DNA of 64,000 nucleotides from Diadema antillarum (Eukaryota). Every line of letters begins with the position of its first letter. Position 1 is the first letter of the stretch. A program made the position numbers and the translations under genes. The notes beneath the pieces are model-generated. The model did not search any database, was not told the DNA's origin, and saw nothing but the letters and a program-made list of their open reading frames with translations. Below are positions 27,913-40,504 of the stretch, piece by piece. Where the stretch lies: NCBI RefSeq assembly GCF_040938485.1, contig NW_027272244.1, positions 124,001 through 188,000 on the forward strand, read 5' to 3'.

Positions 27913-29296
27913 CTGTAAGAACAAAGAAAGTTGAAAAGAATCAAATGAGGACGCGTGGATTTTTGTTTACGGGGCAGTTTAAGAAGTTTTTTTAGTGGGA
28001 TTTAAACAAGTCATTCCTCAATGATAGTGGCACCCCTTCAAACCTTCAGTCAATTCAAGAGTTAGATGAAACAATTACGCACGCTTAAAACAAAGGCAGA
28101 CCGGTCACTCTTTCTTTAAAAGAACAATGTTACTACAATCAAGCCAATCGATCAAGTAATCAATAAATGTAATACAGTCATATACACGTAAACGTCTGCG
28201 CGTGTACATTACAAACCTATATCTTGTCCTTGTTTAAGTTCGTTCATGCTTTTAATCATTCATCTTCAATAATGGTTACAAGATGAAATGTATAAATTAA
28301 GAAAAAAAAGATATGCTTTTATGCGCCATTTGGTTACTCGAACTTAAGGATAATCAGATTATTCAGAGTTTTTTTTTGTGCTTTACTGTTTTGTGCCGCA
28401 ATGTAGAATTGGGCAGACCCATCAGTTGATGGAATTTAGCAGTTAATGTTTCAAATTAAGTCAATCATTGGATTGATTATTACCTGCTTTTTTACGCCTT
28501 GTAAATGGCTGGAACCTGTCGTGGTGGGTAGTCGTAATATGAGGGCCTTGGCTGCAAAGTAAAAGCAAATGATTTTACATGAAATGGTTTTGTCAGTTAT
28601 CGCCTGAAATTATAATTTCACCGCATAATTATTATTAGCATCATCATTCATGGATTATTAATACCATGAAAATGAAATCGCTGAATTGTTCACAATCGCA
28701 GACAAAAGTCATGCATCCATCATAGTTATAACAAAATTGTTTAGTTCTTTGAACTGTGAATACAACCACAAAATTATAATTTGTTGTACATATAAAGTAA
28801 AATGTATGAAATACATACTGTATGAAATCTTGATACTTTGCTGCGATAAAATAGAAATAATATGTATAAATATACATAACCGAGTAGATGCGACACCAAT
28901 GGACTTTGCTGTAAATGCATTATAAACCAGTTTGACAAATTTTCTGGATAGGCTTTTACGTCATAAAAGTCTCTCACCTCGGCAGGGGGGCCGAACGATA
29001 GCGAGCAGCAGTCCACGAACATAGCAGTCATCGACAGCACGAGGATAAAGATGGAGGCGATGACGACGGCGGTGTAGAGCTCGACCGCGGCTTCCTCCCC
29101 GGCTTGCACGCCGTCATCGAGCGTGGCCCACGCACCCCACGTCAAGAAGCCGATGCAGAGGGCAGCAACGAGAAGGGCGACGAAGTTACACAGGATGACA
29201 GTGAAGGAAAACTGCAGGGATAATCGACAAATACAAAGAACACTGATTATCACATGATTCTGTGGTAATGGATAATACAGTAACTAGGGTAAAAGG

Positions 29297-29332
<36 letters not shown>

Positions 29333-31322
29333 CGCACGGGCGGGCACACAAACACAAACAAATACATGCAAACACTGGTCATTACTGTAGTAAAAGTCAA
29401 TATTCAGCTAAGGATAAACCGCTACACACACACGCACATAAATGAAAAAAAAAACGAACAACATTGATTATCACTGTGGTAAAGGTTAACAGTAACTATA
29501 GGCCTACATGAGCAATTAAAGAGGTAAATCACACACACGCACACACACACCCACACACAGAAAGCAAACACACAAAAACACTAATCATTACTGTGATAAT
29601 AGTCAATGTTACTGGAGCAGCTACCCAGCTTTAAACTAAAACAACAACAACGACGAGGAAGACAATTACAACAAACCATTTATTATGTAGCATTTTTCTT
29701 ACTCAATCTTTTCCATTCTTTTCTTATTCCATGTATTGATTGATAACAACACAAAAAAGAACCTGTTAACATATACATCAGGTCTACTTTATGGTCCGAT
29801 TCTGGACACACCGTCATGTCAAGTCCTAGACCAACTTACTAATACTAACAACAGTAGACAAGTTACCTGGCCTAAATAAATTATGTAAAACAAAAGAAGG
29901 TGACTCTTGCAAAAGTATACGACAGCATGGCAGCTTAACTTATCAGTGTTCAAAATAATCACATGCTTAATCAAATACATTTATTTTAAAAGTCATACCA
30001 CTCCTAAACGTGATATTAAAGGGGATTTATTATAATACACAACACTCCGATTTGATAAACTCAGTCATTGAAAAGACGATTTATGTTCCAAAGAGTAATC
30101 TTATTTCGTTTTGTTTTCTTGCTTGTAGTTCGTTTATTTCTTTTCAGCTTAGATTCTCTTCGTGTGTGCGTACAATGCAAGAGTGTGTACAATGTATATA
30201 AACTGGACATGTGTGTCCCTACAATGTACAATGTATGTTTGCTTGTGTCTGTTTGTGTGTGGGGGGAGATAAATCATGCCGAGCGTTTTCAGGCATTTTA
30301 CTTTGTGGAAAATTGCCAAACAGCTCTCTCCCTCGTATTCGACAATAGAGAGTATAGGTGTGTCACGGACGTCTACGAAAGGGAGGCGCCCAAAGTCTTT
30401 GTGTGCAAAATCCCCCTTGAATTATTTAATAAGGCAGGGTGAGTCAACACACTGGTTTAAAGGTATAGTTTAGCATTGGGGGCAGTGATTTTGAAAATGT
30501 TCGATTTATCACATAATGCATATGTGTAGGTCAGTTGTATCAGACAACATCCTGCCATCTAAAGATGTCACAACATAGCCTATAGTAAGGAGATATCACT
30601 GTATTTGGCGATAAACTATTAGTGTAGACGGTTTATTCTAGAGACAATTCTAATAAAATTATTGCTCACATTTTGTATATTTCACAATACTTTACATTGA
30701 TTATACTGAGTTACATTTTTACATTGGTTGTTTCTATTACTATCTCACATTTTAGGAATAATCTTAGGCACCAGAGGAGGGTTTTTGTTTCATCTGCAAA
30801 CGGTAAATAATATCTTTAACAGGAATAAAACAAAAAGGCATGGCGATTCATTGGCGAACAAAAGCAGAAGCAGGGAATGTACCGGTTGAAGATTATGGTG
30901 GCGCCACGTAATGTTTGCAGACGAGTTTAAGCACACAACGAGTTAAATGAATTCTTGGTGATTTGAGATATTTGCAAACACAGGCAATAAGAAAATGTTG
31001 GGTATTATTATCATAACATCTAGAACATTCTGTGTCTATGTAACAATCAAAGGAAGGGATTTATTTTGCTCTATCGGATGGTGGACTTTATACTTGGAAG
31101 TGTTTCAATATCCCGTTNNNNNNNNNNNNNNNNNNNNNNNNNNNNNNNNNNNNNNNNNNNNNNNNNNNNNNNNNNNNNNNNNNNNNNNNNNNNNNNNNNN
31201 NNNNNNNNNNNNNNNNNNNNNNNNNNNNNNNNNNNNNNNNNNNNNNNNNNNNNNNNNNNNNNNNNNNNNNNNNNNNNNNNNNNNNNNNNNNNNNNNNNNN
31301 NNTGATTTATGTACTTATGTAC

Positions 31323-31357
<35 letters not shown>

Positions 31358-33647
31358 TTCATTCATTCATTCATTCATTCATTCATTCATTCATTCATTC
31401 ATTTCCTTACCGGCATCTCATCTACTCGATGCTTCCTCTTTCTGTCGAAAGCCTGCACCAAGTTCGCACAACCTGTCATCACAAACTGGACACAGAGAAA
31501 GAAAGAAAAAGGATAATAGAAGACAGTGCATTCATTTCTGTCTGCATTATTGTTATCTTATACGATGTAATCACACTGTGATATCGAAACAAATTAATTA
31601 TAACAGGTGCATTCAAGACCGGTCATTTCATTTCTATTTGTTGTGAAAAAAAGAAAATAAACAACTGCAAATTCGTCGCACTTGCATCAAATAGAGGCAT
31701 ATGGCAATCAGAGAAGTAATATGCAAACGAAAAGAGCAATAACAAAGTGTATACTGGAAAGGAAGGACAGCACAAATAGCAGAGTTTCAAGAGAGGCACA
31801 AAAAGGGTATTGGCTGATGTGGATGATCCTTGTTAGCTCCATGCTTCAGTGAAGAATGCTTATAGTGACAGTATAACGGTAGTAGCATAAATTATGTAGT
31901 AAACTAGTAGTGGAAGCAACCGCAGAAAGATCAGAAACACAGTCTCACAGTTCCTTGTACCATATACATGTATGTCCGAGGTAACTCGACAAAACATTCT
32001 ACAGTAGCCTGGTTAGATGTGAATACGGCGGTAAACTGTATTCAAATTACTGCAAACGATTTCATCACTTAAGCTTTCATAACCATCATGCAACTTGATG
32101 CTATTCAATATCTGTCATTATGTTCAAGTGAGCGTAAATTTACGTTTTCTTGTCGCTTCATTTTGGGCATTCGTGTTGCCATGTTCTTTGATAAATATCA
32201 CACAGTCATGTTTCGGTGTTTTGTCGGGGAGTGTTGTAGTTGGACTACAAATCTTTGGCATATTTTTCATGAATAAGCCAAACATCGACATAATATTACA
32301 GAATTAATTCGCATACCATGCATGGCATGAACTCGGGGAATGCATAAGCTGTCAAATATACACCCTTGGGTAGCCTACATAGTTATTCCCACGTCTTTGC
32401 CTTCATAATATTCCCGATTGTTGAGCAAACAAGACGGTAAGTTCGAGCGAGTCAACACTTCTGCACTCGACAAATTTGAAGAAGAAAATGGGGATTTTGT
32501 GCAAATACATGCAAATACAATGGACAGTCTGTAGACTGGTATACAAATGGGGTGTGTTACACTGTATGTCCTGAATAATTAATATACAGTGTATGTAAAG
32601 GGCACAGGTATTCTACAATGCCGTGACAGAGCAGACTGAACGAAATTTTTTTACTGTTTCGATGCAGTGAGGTTTAGATGTAATCAACAGTACAGGGGTT
32701 CTTAGCTGTGGATTTCAAAATCAGAACAGGCATATACATGTATCGTGCAAACGCACAATTAATCATGTACTTGAACGTATTTGTTTTGAATGTTGCCAAT
32801 TTGTATGAAAAAAAAGACAAACGTTATCATTAAATTGTACAGCACTGGGAAGTTTCAAGCTTCTGTACTATTTTGCTCACTATATATCTGGCTTAAACAC
32901 TTCTGTTAAAAGTTACATAGCTTTGAAAAGTATAAGCCTACAGAATGATTTATAAAAGGGCTCATGGGTTGCGGAATCGAAATCATGTGGCACACGGGGG
33001 TGGGGGGGGGGGGGTCATATATACACCGTGGCACACAAAGAGTAAGCACATTGGACATAGAATGCACACAAACTCATACTGACAGTCCTTTAACATAGAC
33101 CTAGCACATGCAGTCATAACGCACCTTTAGTCCAGCACTGACGCAATCATGCATGGTGCTGTATATACAGTGTATAACAATGTTGTTTTGTTGAATTTAA
33201 TCAAACAAGGAATGGAAATTTAGCTAATTAGTCGATGTTTATATAAGGGGATGCATTCCACTACAAATGCAAATCACGAGATGTCCTCGCCATGTTTTCT
33301 TAATTACAAGGAATTACAAGGAAGCCAAAACGCAAATATGAATGTGGGGTGAGTGAAAACAGCAATATGAGTAGAATCCGTCAGCTGAAGTATGAAGAAA
33401 ATTGGACAATTCATTTAAATGACATCATTAATGATAACAAACAGAAATGGAATGTAAGGAGAATTCCCCAAATTGTTTCACCGCAACCTGCCAACTGATT
33501 TGCACTCACCAAGAGACCACACCAGAGCGGTACTCCAGCGGCGGCGTGTGAGAATGTTGCCGGGGCATTCGTGCCTTGGATGCTGAGGATGATCCCGTAG
33601 GCGATCATCACGCCTCCCGTGAATCCCAGAAACTTTTGTCTGAACAT
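27877..33647 (-). CDS. MS4A/CD20-like four-TM protein paralogue B, complement(join(33510..33647,31411..31485,28978..29211,27877..27912)), 160 aa
   Basis: Same phase-0 exon layout as A; GVPLWCG motif, GCANLV, basic loop RKRKHR, FVDCC after TM4. The last exon is less certain. Confidence 0.8.
28978..29211 (-). CDS. Paralogue B coding exon 3 (TM3-loop-TM4)
   Basis: atccctgcag| ... GAG|GTGAGA; 234 nt. Confidence 0.85.
30457..30819 (+). mobile_element. TTAA-flanked MITE (ttaaaggta...tctttaa) in paralogue B intron
   Basis: TTAA at both ends with short imperfect TIR; second copy at 20034-20397. Confidence 0.65.
31118..31302. other. Assembly gap
   Basis: Run of N. Confidence 1.
31322..31404 (+). 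repeat. Compound (ATTT)n(ATTC)n microsatellite
   Basis: Directly visible; abuts the donor of B exon 2. Confidence 0.95.
31411..31485 (-). CDS. Paralogue B coding exon 2 (FVMTGCANLVQAFDRKRKHRVDEMP)
   Basis: tctctgtgtccag| ... CCG|GTAAGG; 75 nt; not in the ORF track. Confidence 0.85.
33510..33647 (-). CDS. Paralogue B coding exon 1 (MFRQKFL...GVPLWCGLL)
   Basis: ggcacaATG; donor TTG|GTGAGT; acceptor cactttacag before 33690. Confidence 0.85.
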
Positions 33648-33943
33648 TGTGCCGAGTCTTAGTGATATAAATCAGAAACACAAAGTCCCTCTGTAAAGTG
33701 TTGTCTTGTGTTTACAGAATCAGCCCCCTGAAAGAAAAAGCAAACAAACAAACAATTAAGAAAACTGTATGTCACATAAAACAGTATTTTGTAGGAAATA
33801 CCGCTCACATGAAGAAAAAGACGCCTTCAGAGCCTTCTTCCTCTCTTTATTGCTCGAATGATGAGTATGATGATGATAATGATGGTGATGATCATCATAA
33901 TGATAATCAGGGAAATAATGACAGGGACACTATGATGACAATT

Positions 33944-34632
33944 GTGACCCTGCACCTCAAAACAAACAAAAAGTCGCCAGACATGAATTTTTAGTTAAGA
34001 CCATATTCTGAAAGAGCAGACTTTAAGCTTTAAAATGATGTATAACTCAAATCAAATGGACTCTCCTAACCTATCTAAATATTGGAAAGAAAGCATAAAC
34101 TCAGGAAAAGTGTGAACTGAGAAAAGAGGCTCTGAAGTACAGTGTCTATTCAAGCGCTTAATCTTTACCAAAGCGTGCTGGCTGTGCGATGAATGGGACA
34201 AAAAACAGGAATTAAACCACCAGAGTAACAACAATGAAGGAATTATCAGATTAAACTGAAATTAAGCATGCGTCATTAACACTTTCTGTCCATAATAAAT
34301 GCCAATTTTCAAAGCAGTAGCACTATCCTTTCAAAAGTTATTAGAGTTGAATGTGAAGAGTGTGGACAAGGTTTTTCAGAAATGAAAAAGGGACTCTAAA
34401 GACACACCTAATCACACTATTCTACCAAAAATGTTCGAGATAAACTGCTAAAAAAACACACTTTCCTGCCCGTTTTATGATACCAAATTTTAGCATAATG
34501 TAAAAGGAGACCTGCTCTTTCAGAAAATATGAAAAAGTCAAGTTCGGCTAGGTTGACCCATTTCACTTATTTTCAGTCCTCACGCAAAATCAGTGTGTGC
34601 GACTTTATGTTCGTTTTGAGGTGCACGGTCAC
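33944..34632. mobile_element. About 690-bp TIR element (GTGAC termini), copy 2, inverted relative to copy 1
   Basis: aatt|gtgaccctgcacctc...gaggtgcacggtcac|aatt; the body is the reverse complement of 14175-14862 with scattered substitutions. Confidence 0.9.
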
Positions 34633-35129
34633 AATTAGTCCCAAATCAATGTTTGTGTGATTTAGAGTGGATGACGTACATGTACATGTACGTGTACATA
34701 TTTGTATCTTTTAGTGACTGATTTCAAAAGAAAGTCGGAATAAAACTTATTCAAGTATAACAAAATGATGGATAACATTATCAAAAGCTTGCCATTGTAC
34801 CTGAAAGTCAACTTTCATTGAGGTATCTTTCTCGGAACGAAAATGAATTTGTGCTCAAACAGTGGTCTTTTTGTTACCTGAACTATAATGCTTTAGATCT
34901 TGTAGGTTCAAACATGAACAATGATCTGTTGTGGTCAGCGTTGCACAAAATGTTTTACAGAACTTATTTTCGAGATGTAAACATTATATGAAGTCCAGAG
35001 TTTTTTGTATGATGATTATTGATATTTCGCATGTCATAAATATTTTTCTGCGGATGCATTTCATCGGAAAAAGTTGAAGAAGAAAACAAACGTTGTAGTC
35101 AAGATGAATAGTGTTACAAAATTACATGA

Positions 35130-35261
35130 NNNNNNNNNNNNNNNNNNNNNNNNNNNNNNNNNNNNNNNNNNNNNNNNNNNNNNNNNNNNNNNNNNNNNNN
35201 NNNNNNNNNNNNNNNNNNNNNNNNNNNNNNNNNNNNNNNNNNNNNNNNNNNNNNNNNNNNN
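35130..35261. other. Assembly gap
   Basis: Run of N. Confidence 1.
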
Positions 35262-35316
35262 CTTTGATATATTGCTTTGCTTGTTTACGTCTATTAAGCA
35301 GGCAGAGGTTGATGCT

Positions 35317-35750
35317 TTAAAGGGTGGTGTAGTATTATAGTAGAGATGAGAAGTGGACTCCTAACTTTTTTGCGACATTCCAAGAAACCACCTAATGAAA
35401 TGATACAGAGCATACCACTCTTAGAGGAATTCAAAGATTATTTGATGAAAATCGGTTTTGGAATCGCTGAGAAATCCAAAAACAAAGTAATGCAAAGCGA
35501 TCATATTGAAAGGTGGGACCCAACTTTTATAGTGATTGCTCTGTTTTGGATATCTCAGCCATTTCAAAAACAATTTTTATCAAATAAACATTAAATCCTT
35601 CTTGGAATTACAGTACATGCTCTTTATAGTTGGAATTGCATGCTCTTCCATATTACATAAGAGGTTTCTCATCGTCTCCAAAGAAAAATAAATATGTTTT
35701 AAACCTGAAGTTGCAGTGTAGGTTTCAACCAAAACTATACGACCCCTTTA
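35317..35750. mobile_element. TTAA-type quasi-palindromic MITE (family of 40935 and 45912)
   Basis: ttaaaggg start; internal inverted blocks atttgatgaaaatcggtttt...gctgaga-atcc / ggatatctcagcc...atcaaat. Confidence 0.7.
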
Positions 35751-37680
35751 TACATGTACGTCCAGTGGCATAGATTATTGCAATTAATGCTCAGTCTCGA
35801 ACCCCTTGCATGCACAACCTGGAAAGCCCTGTACACAACCTATTGGGATTATTGGGACCACAGAATCTCCATGTGAGTACATAGTGTACACGCTTTAAGC
35901 CTTCATGCGTGTTATTCACGTGAAAGAACTCTTCTTCCGACTCTCTTTCATTAGAAGCATCTGTCGTGGTAAAGATGGACCGTATACTACAATACAAACT
36001 CGCGTCTCAAAACTAGCAGGTAATTACAAGTTTGCCAATACAATGGCCAGATAAAAATAAAAGAGGAAAATGGTCCTATGTAATAAAAGTAGGGGCGACT
36101 CGTCGCCTGTTTGGAAAATTAGGTGATCGCCGTGTGGAAGTATACAATTGTAGGCCTACATTGTACTATGAATTTTAATCACAGGCCGCTGTATAAACAC
36201 TGGATATTAATCAAATCCAAGGCAACAACATTATGCATTAACAACTAAGTGATTCAGGTTATCGAAAATAATGCGTGATAACCCTTTTGGAACAAATACA
36301 CGGTCACACAATGTGACAATGTCCCAATTTTAAAATGTGTGAGATTTGGACATTTTCACATAAAACACACTGTGTGACCTTGTGTTTATTCCGTAAACAG
36401 AATGCACGCTTACTTGACACAAATTAACCACATTGCTCTCTAAAATAGTAGTGAAAGAAACTGCACCAAACGTGATTGGCATTCTACACAATAAATGGTT
36501 TGCATGAAATGTATTCATGGACCTCATGTCCATTAGTTGCGATTCTTACCAGGAAAAGATATGAGAGCTAAAGCACTCAGCACTAAGTTTGTAAGCAAGT
36601 TACTTTGATGACAGACGTGTAGTTTATACTATTTTTACAGTCTTAAGACAGAACTACTCTCAGATAATCATATTCTCCTTACTAGAAGCCTAATCACGTG
36701 TTAGCTGTCAGAAGGAAGACTAATGGGGTTTGCAAAAAAGTCTAGTCGCAATAATTATATTGATTGCATATACACTGTATCTATTGCAAATTTTGCAAAT
36801 TTTCGATCAATTTTTAAAAGACTTGATTGATTTGGAGGCATGGTAATTGATTGCAACTTTCCTGCAAAGCCTTCTACAATGTCCTGTATGTTGATGGATA
36901 TACACACTTGTACTTCAACAAAATAATATACACTGCACTTGTACTGTCACTGCAATTTGTGTATAATTAAATTATACAGTATCTTATCTCCTATGGCGAA
37001 CAGGGATGACATCTCATAGTGCTCTATATCCAGTTGAAAAGGCGCTCTAAAAATGTCAACCATTGCCTTTATTATAAGTGTAAGATACATTTGAGGGATC
37101 TTTGTTTTTCTGTAAATTGAATCATCGTGGAAGTTAAAAGCGTAGCTCACACACAGACATACGCACACACACGCACACAAACTTGCACATATTATACAGT
37201 GTACATGTATAAGGTATTAAGAGCTTCACTGTAAAATGAGCTACGCGCCATTTCCAAATAGTGCACATGTATGCCCTTCGTCAGATAAAGCAAAATAACA
37301 CCAGTGGTCCTTTATGAGGATACAAATTTACTGTACCTCACTTGTAACATAACAAGGAATATTCAAGAAGTTATGATTAAAAATATCCCATTTGTTCTTA
37401 TTATTTTCTGTTTGTCAGCAGCTTTAATCACAAACATCTCAACATAACAAGGATGGAGTTAGATCCTTTTGCGATAAAATCTTCGTATACTGTATATAAG
37501 ATATTACATAACATCTCTCTCGTTCTATCTCCCACACGTACATGCAAAGTATTCATAAGAGACTATCATGGTCACAACTGCATGCGAAACACAGTTTCAT
37601 TTGCTACAAAAGTCGAAAAGAGCATTCGCATACTACAGCATTAAATTTACACGTAGAGCACGTAGTGATGACTAAGAAAG

Positions 37681-37961
37681 TTAAAGGGGAAGGCTAGTAA
37701 CTGATCAGTGGGAATCAGTGGAAATGCTGGGAGATGATTGTTCCAATCCTTATGGGATTCATTCAAGAGTTCATTGTGTATCTATTGTTGTGTGAAAATG
37801 ATTTGCTTCAGAACGGTCTCATATTCAAGTAATGTGCAGATTAATGCCCCGTCACTGACCAGGGACGCTAACCTGGAAGCATTAAACTGCACATTACTTG
37901 AATATGAGACCATTCTGAAGCAAATCATTTTCACACAACAGTTACTAGCCTTCCCCTTTAA
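37681..37961. mobile_element. TTAA-flanked fold-back MITE with perfect terminal inverted repeat
   Basis: ttaaaggggaaggctagtaactg ... cagttactagccttcccctttaa (23 bp including TTAA) plus an internal inverted repeat of about 50 bp; deletion derivative of 58232-58590. Confidence 0.9.
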
Positions 37962-38330
37962 AGGTAATGAGTGAAAAATAACAAGCTACCTACAGTATAG
38001 TAACATGTTTCAAATGTAAAGATTAACCCTCTCGTGTACAAACATGATGTGCGGTCCGGGAAGGCGAATACGTAATTTCAATAAGAGTGCAACTTGTGAG
38101 TCTCTATGTAAGTCGTGTGAAAATCATGTTACACTTTCACTTGGCTGGAATTTGGGTGCGGTTCACACTGGTCATTGGCCGCATAGTGGAAGTGAAGTAT
38201 ACACAAACTTGCGACGCCTGGTACAAGTGTTGTCCGGCATTCGATTGTAAAGGAAATCGATAGGTACGTGAAGAAGAAACATTCTTTTTTTTTTAGGTGC
38301 ATGGTGAATTGCCTATAGGCTGCTTCTTAC

Positions 38331-38500
38331 CTTCTCTAAAACTCGAGAAACTCAGGCTAGATACGACTTGATGGCTGAGGTCCGAGTCGCTTTTCTTTCT
38401 GGTGATTCACAAGTTTCCTGGCGTCACTTCGCCTAACTTTCCACCGGCAGAACTTGGGACTGGACTTTACCAACGGATCTTTACACTTACAGAGAACAGA
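38331..38500 (-). other. Candidate non-coding first exon of paralogue B
   Basis: GC-richer segment ending in strong donor AAG|GTAAGA at 38331/38330. It would join the acceptor before 33690 (about 4.6 kb), mirroring paralogue C. The 5' end is not defined. Confidence 0.35.
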
Positions 38501-39054
38501 ATAATACGCCGCGTTCGTGACGCTCAAATGCACACACACACACAGCACACACAGTCACTAAACATGCAGTGGGGTAGGAGAGTGCTAGTCTTTGTGTGTG
38601 TGTGTGTGTGGGTTTTTTTTTTTAAGGAATTTCCGTGCGGACACACATAGGCACGCCGGTCTCTCGTTGCCTACTTGCCTTTCTTCAAATGGTCCCGCGT
38701 GTGCGGTCACTCAGAACGGATAAAAGGGGGAACACGCCCTTGTCTACAACCCCAGTAAGAGAATCTCCGTGCATTTATTAAAGAGGTCTGAGCTAAGCCC
38801 CGAGTGCCAGGGAAGAAAAGCGTCTTGGACATAACAAAGCGCGAGACGGGGACAATGAAGGGTTGAGTCTTTTCAAACAATCCTTGTGTTGAGTTACCTG
38901 ACTGGTCATAGCTGTTTCTTGATAATGAGCTTGGGAATGTATTGTAATGTAATGTGTTAGCGTGTGTTTGGCTGTATGCTCAGTATGTCTTTGCCATGGG
39001 TTTCTGTTGTACAATGTACGGGAATGTCTTTCATGCCAAAGCATCTAATACATG

Positions 39055-39055
<1 letters not shown>

Positions 39056-39106
<51 letters not shown>
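39056..39106 (+). repeat. (TA)n microsatellite (a second one at about 39357-39391)
   Basis: Directly visible. Confidence 0.95.
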
Positions 39107-39109
<3 letters not shown>

Positions 39110-39353
39110 GTTGTATCATTGTAGGTAGTATATGATGATGATGACTATCAGTATTAATATTATTAATATTATCATTATTATTATCATTATTATTATTAAC
39201 ATTCAACAGAGGGTCCATCATCAAAGAGAACAAAAAAAAAACATTTTAATGTTGTCTTCTGTGTCATAACAAGGATTATTCTTAAAGTTAAATGGCAAGA
39301 AAATGACAGATTTAATCACAGATATCTCTAATTAATAATACTGGAGGTAACTC

Positions 39354-39395
<42 letters not shown>

Positions 39396-40358
39396 TGTAC
39401 TGATAGATAATACCTATGCATCACTTTCATGCGTCACACTCTCACTCAACCTCTTTCATTTGAACAAATCTCATGCAAACTGTTATGGAAATAAACATTG
39501 AGCATTCACTTTTCCTTTTCTGACTCATGAAGTGGGTTAGTTTATTTGAGATTTCATCGTATACAGAGAAAGAGTGATCCAAGAGGAGTAAAATATTCGT
39601 CCTAACTGTAAAGGCAGGAGTATAGGATTTACAGAAAACATTTCCCAGTAATCACTTATCTACCATTGTCTTCTGCGGAAGATTGCCCTGCGAGCTTAGC
39701 AAAATCAGAACAAGGACTACAGGAATCAAAGTAGCATAACAGACATTAAGTTTCATTCCTGAAGGGGTAATTAGCGTAGGTTTTCAAAGTTAGAGCGTAG
39801 GTAACACTGTTGTCGAAAGTCAACTGTTATAAAGTTCAGATTTAGGCCTATGTGTCATTTGGCGGAATGCAGTAAACGCGGTTGTATGGTTTCCTGCCTG
39901 CTAATCCAGGTATAAAGTTTGTGGTGTTATTTTGGTACAATCTCAGGATTACTGTGTCGAGAAAATGAATTGCTTACAGGTCTTGCTAAAACCATGAAAT
40001 GTACATTGTGTATAGGCGTGCACGCATGTCTCATTACACTTTCATTTTCTTTGCAGATGCAAGAGTACACAATGTTATGGTTGGGGGTGAGCGAAAGATA
40101 TGCTGCAGCATGGTGCAAAGTTTCTTACTCCAAACACGTCACGATCTTTGCACACGGATTTTGAAGTTATGTCATAGGTTTGCGTGATTATCAGAAATCA
40201 GTCCCGCTGGTTACCATGGTTACGATGTTATTGACCAGGCAAGTTTCAAATTGTATCATCCGTGTCGATACAAGATTATTAACTAACCCGTCCCCCCCCC
40301 CCCGAAAAAAGACCATATCCATATGGGTGACTCCTATGACACCCTTTCCTAGTCAGAA

Positions 40359-40504
40359 CTAACCGCTTGAGGGCACTCTAAGTAGCTTGTTGGGAGAACC
40401 CATCTCATCACTGATCTTTCCTTTTGTAGCACCATTGGTCAGTGCAGCGGTCACCTCCCTCCACGTAAAGCCAGGGTTATTCCCGAGTATAAGGGCCGCA
40501 GCAC
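40359..40504 (-). CDS. Subtilase exon 8 (C-terminus, stop)
   Basis: [11 protein letters not shown]...[12 protein letters not shown]; acceptor tattcgcag. Confidence 0.9.

Noticed and set aside
14175-34632. Inversion between the 690-bp copies as the cause of paralogue A's opposite orientation
   Set aside because: The segment contains both A and B coding exons, so inverting it would not make all three paralogues co-oriented.
38357-38548. Downstream exon supplying a PCSK9-like C-terminal domain
   Set aside because: No Cys/His-rich pattern, and the nearest acceptor gives an immediate stop in phase 1; better explained as a UTR exon of paralogue B.
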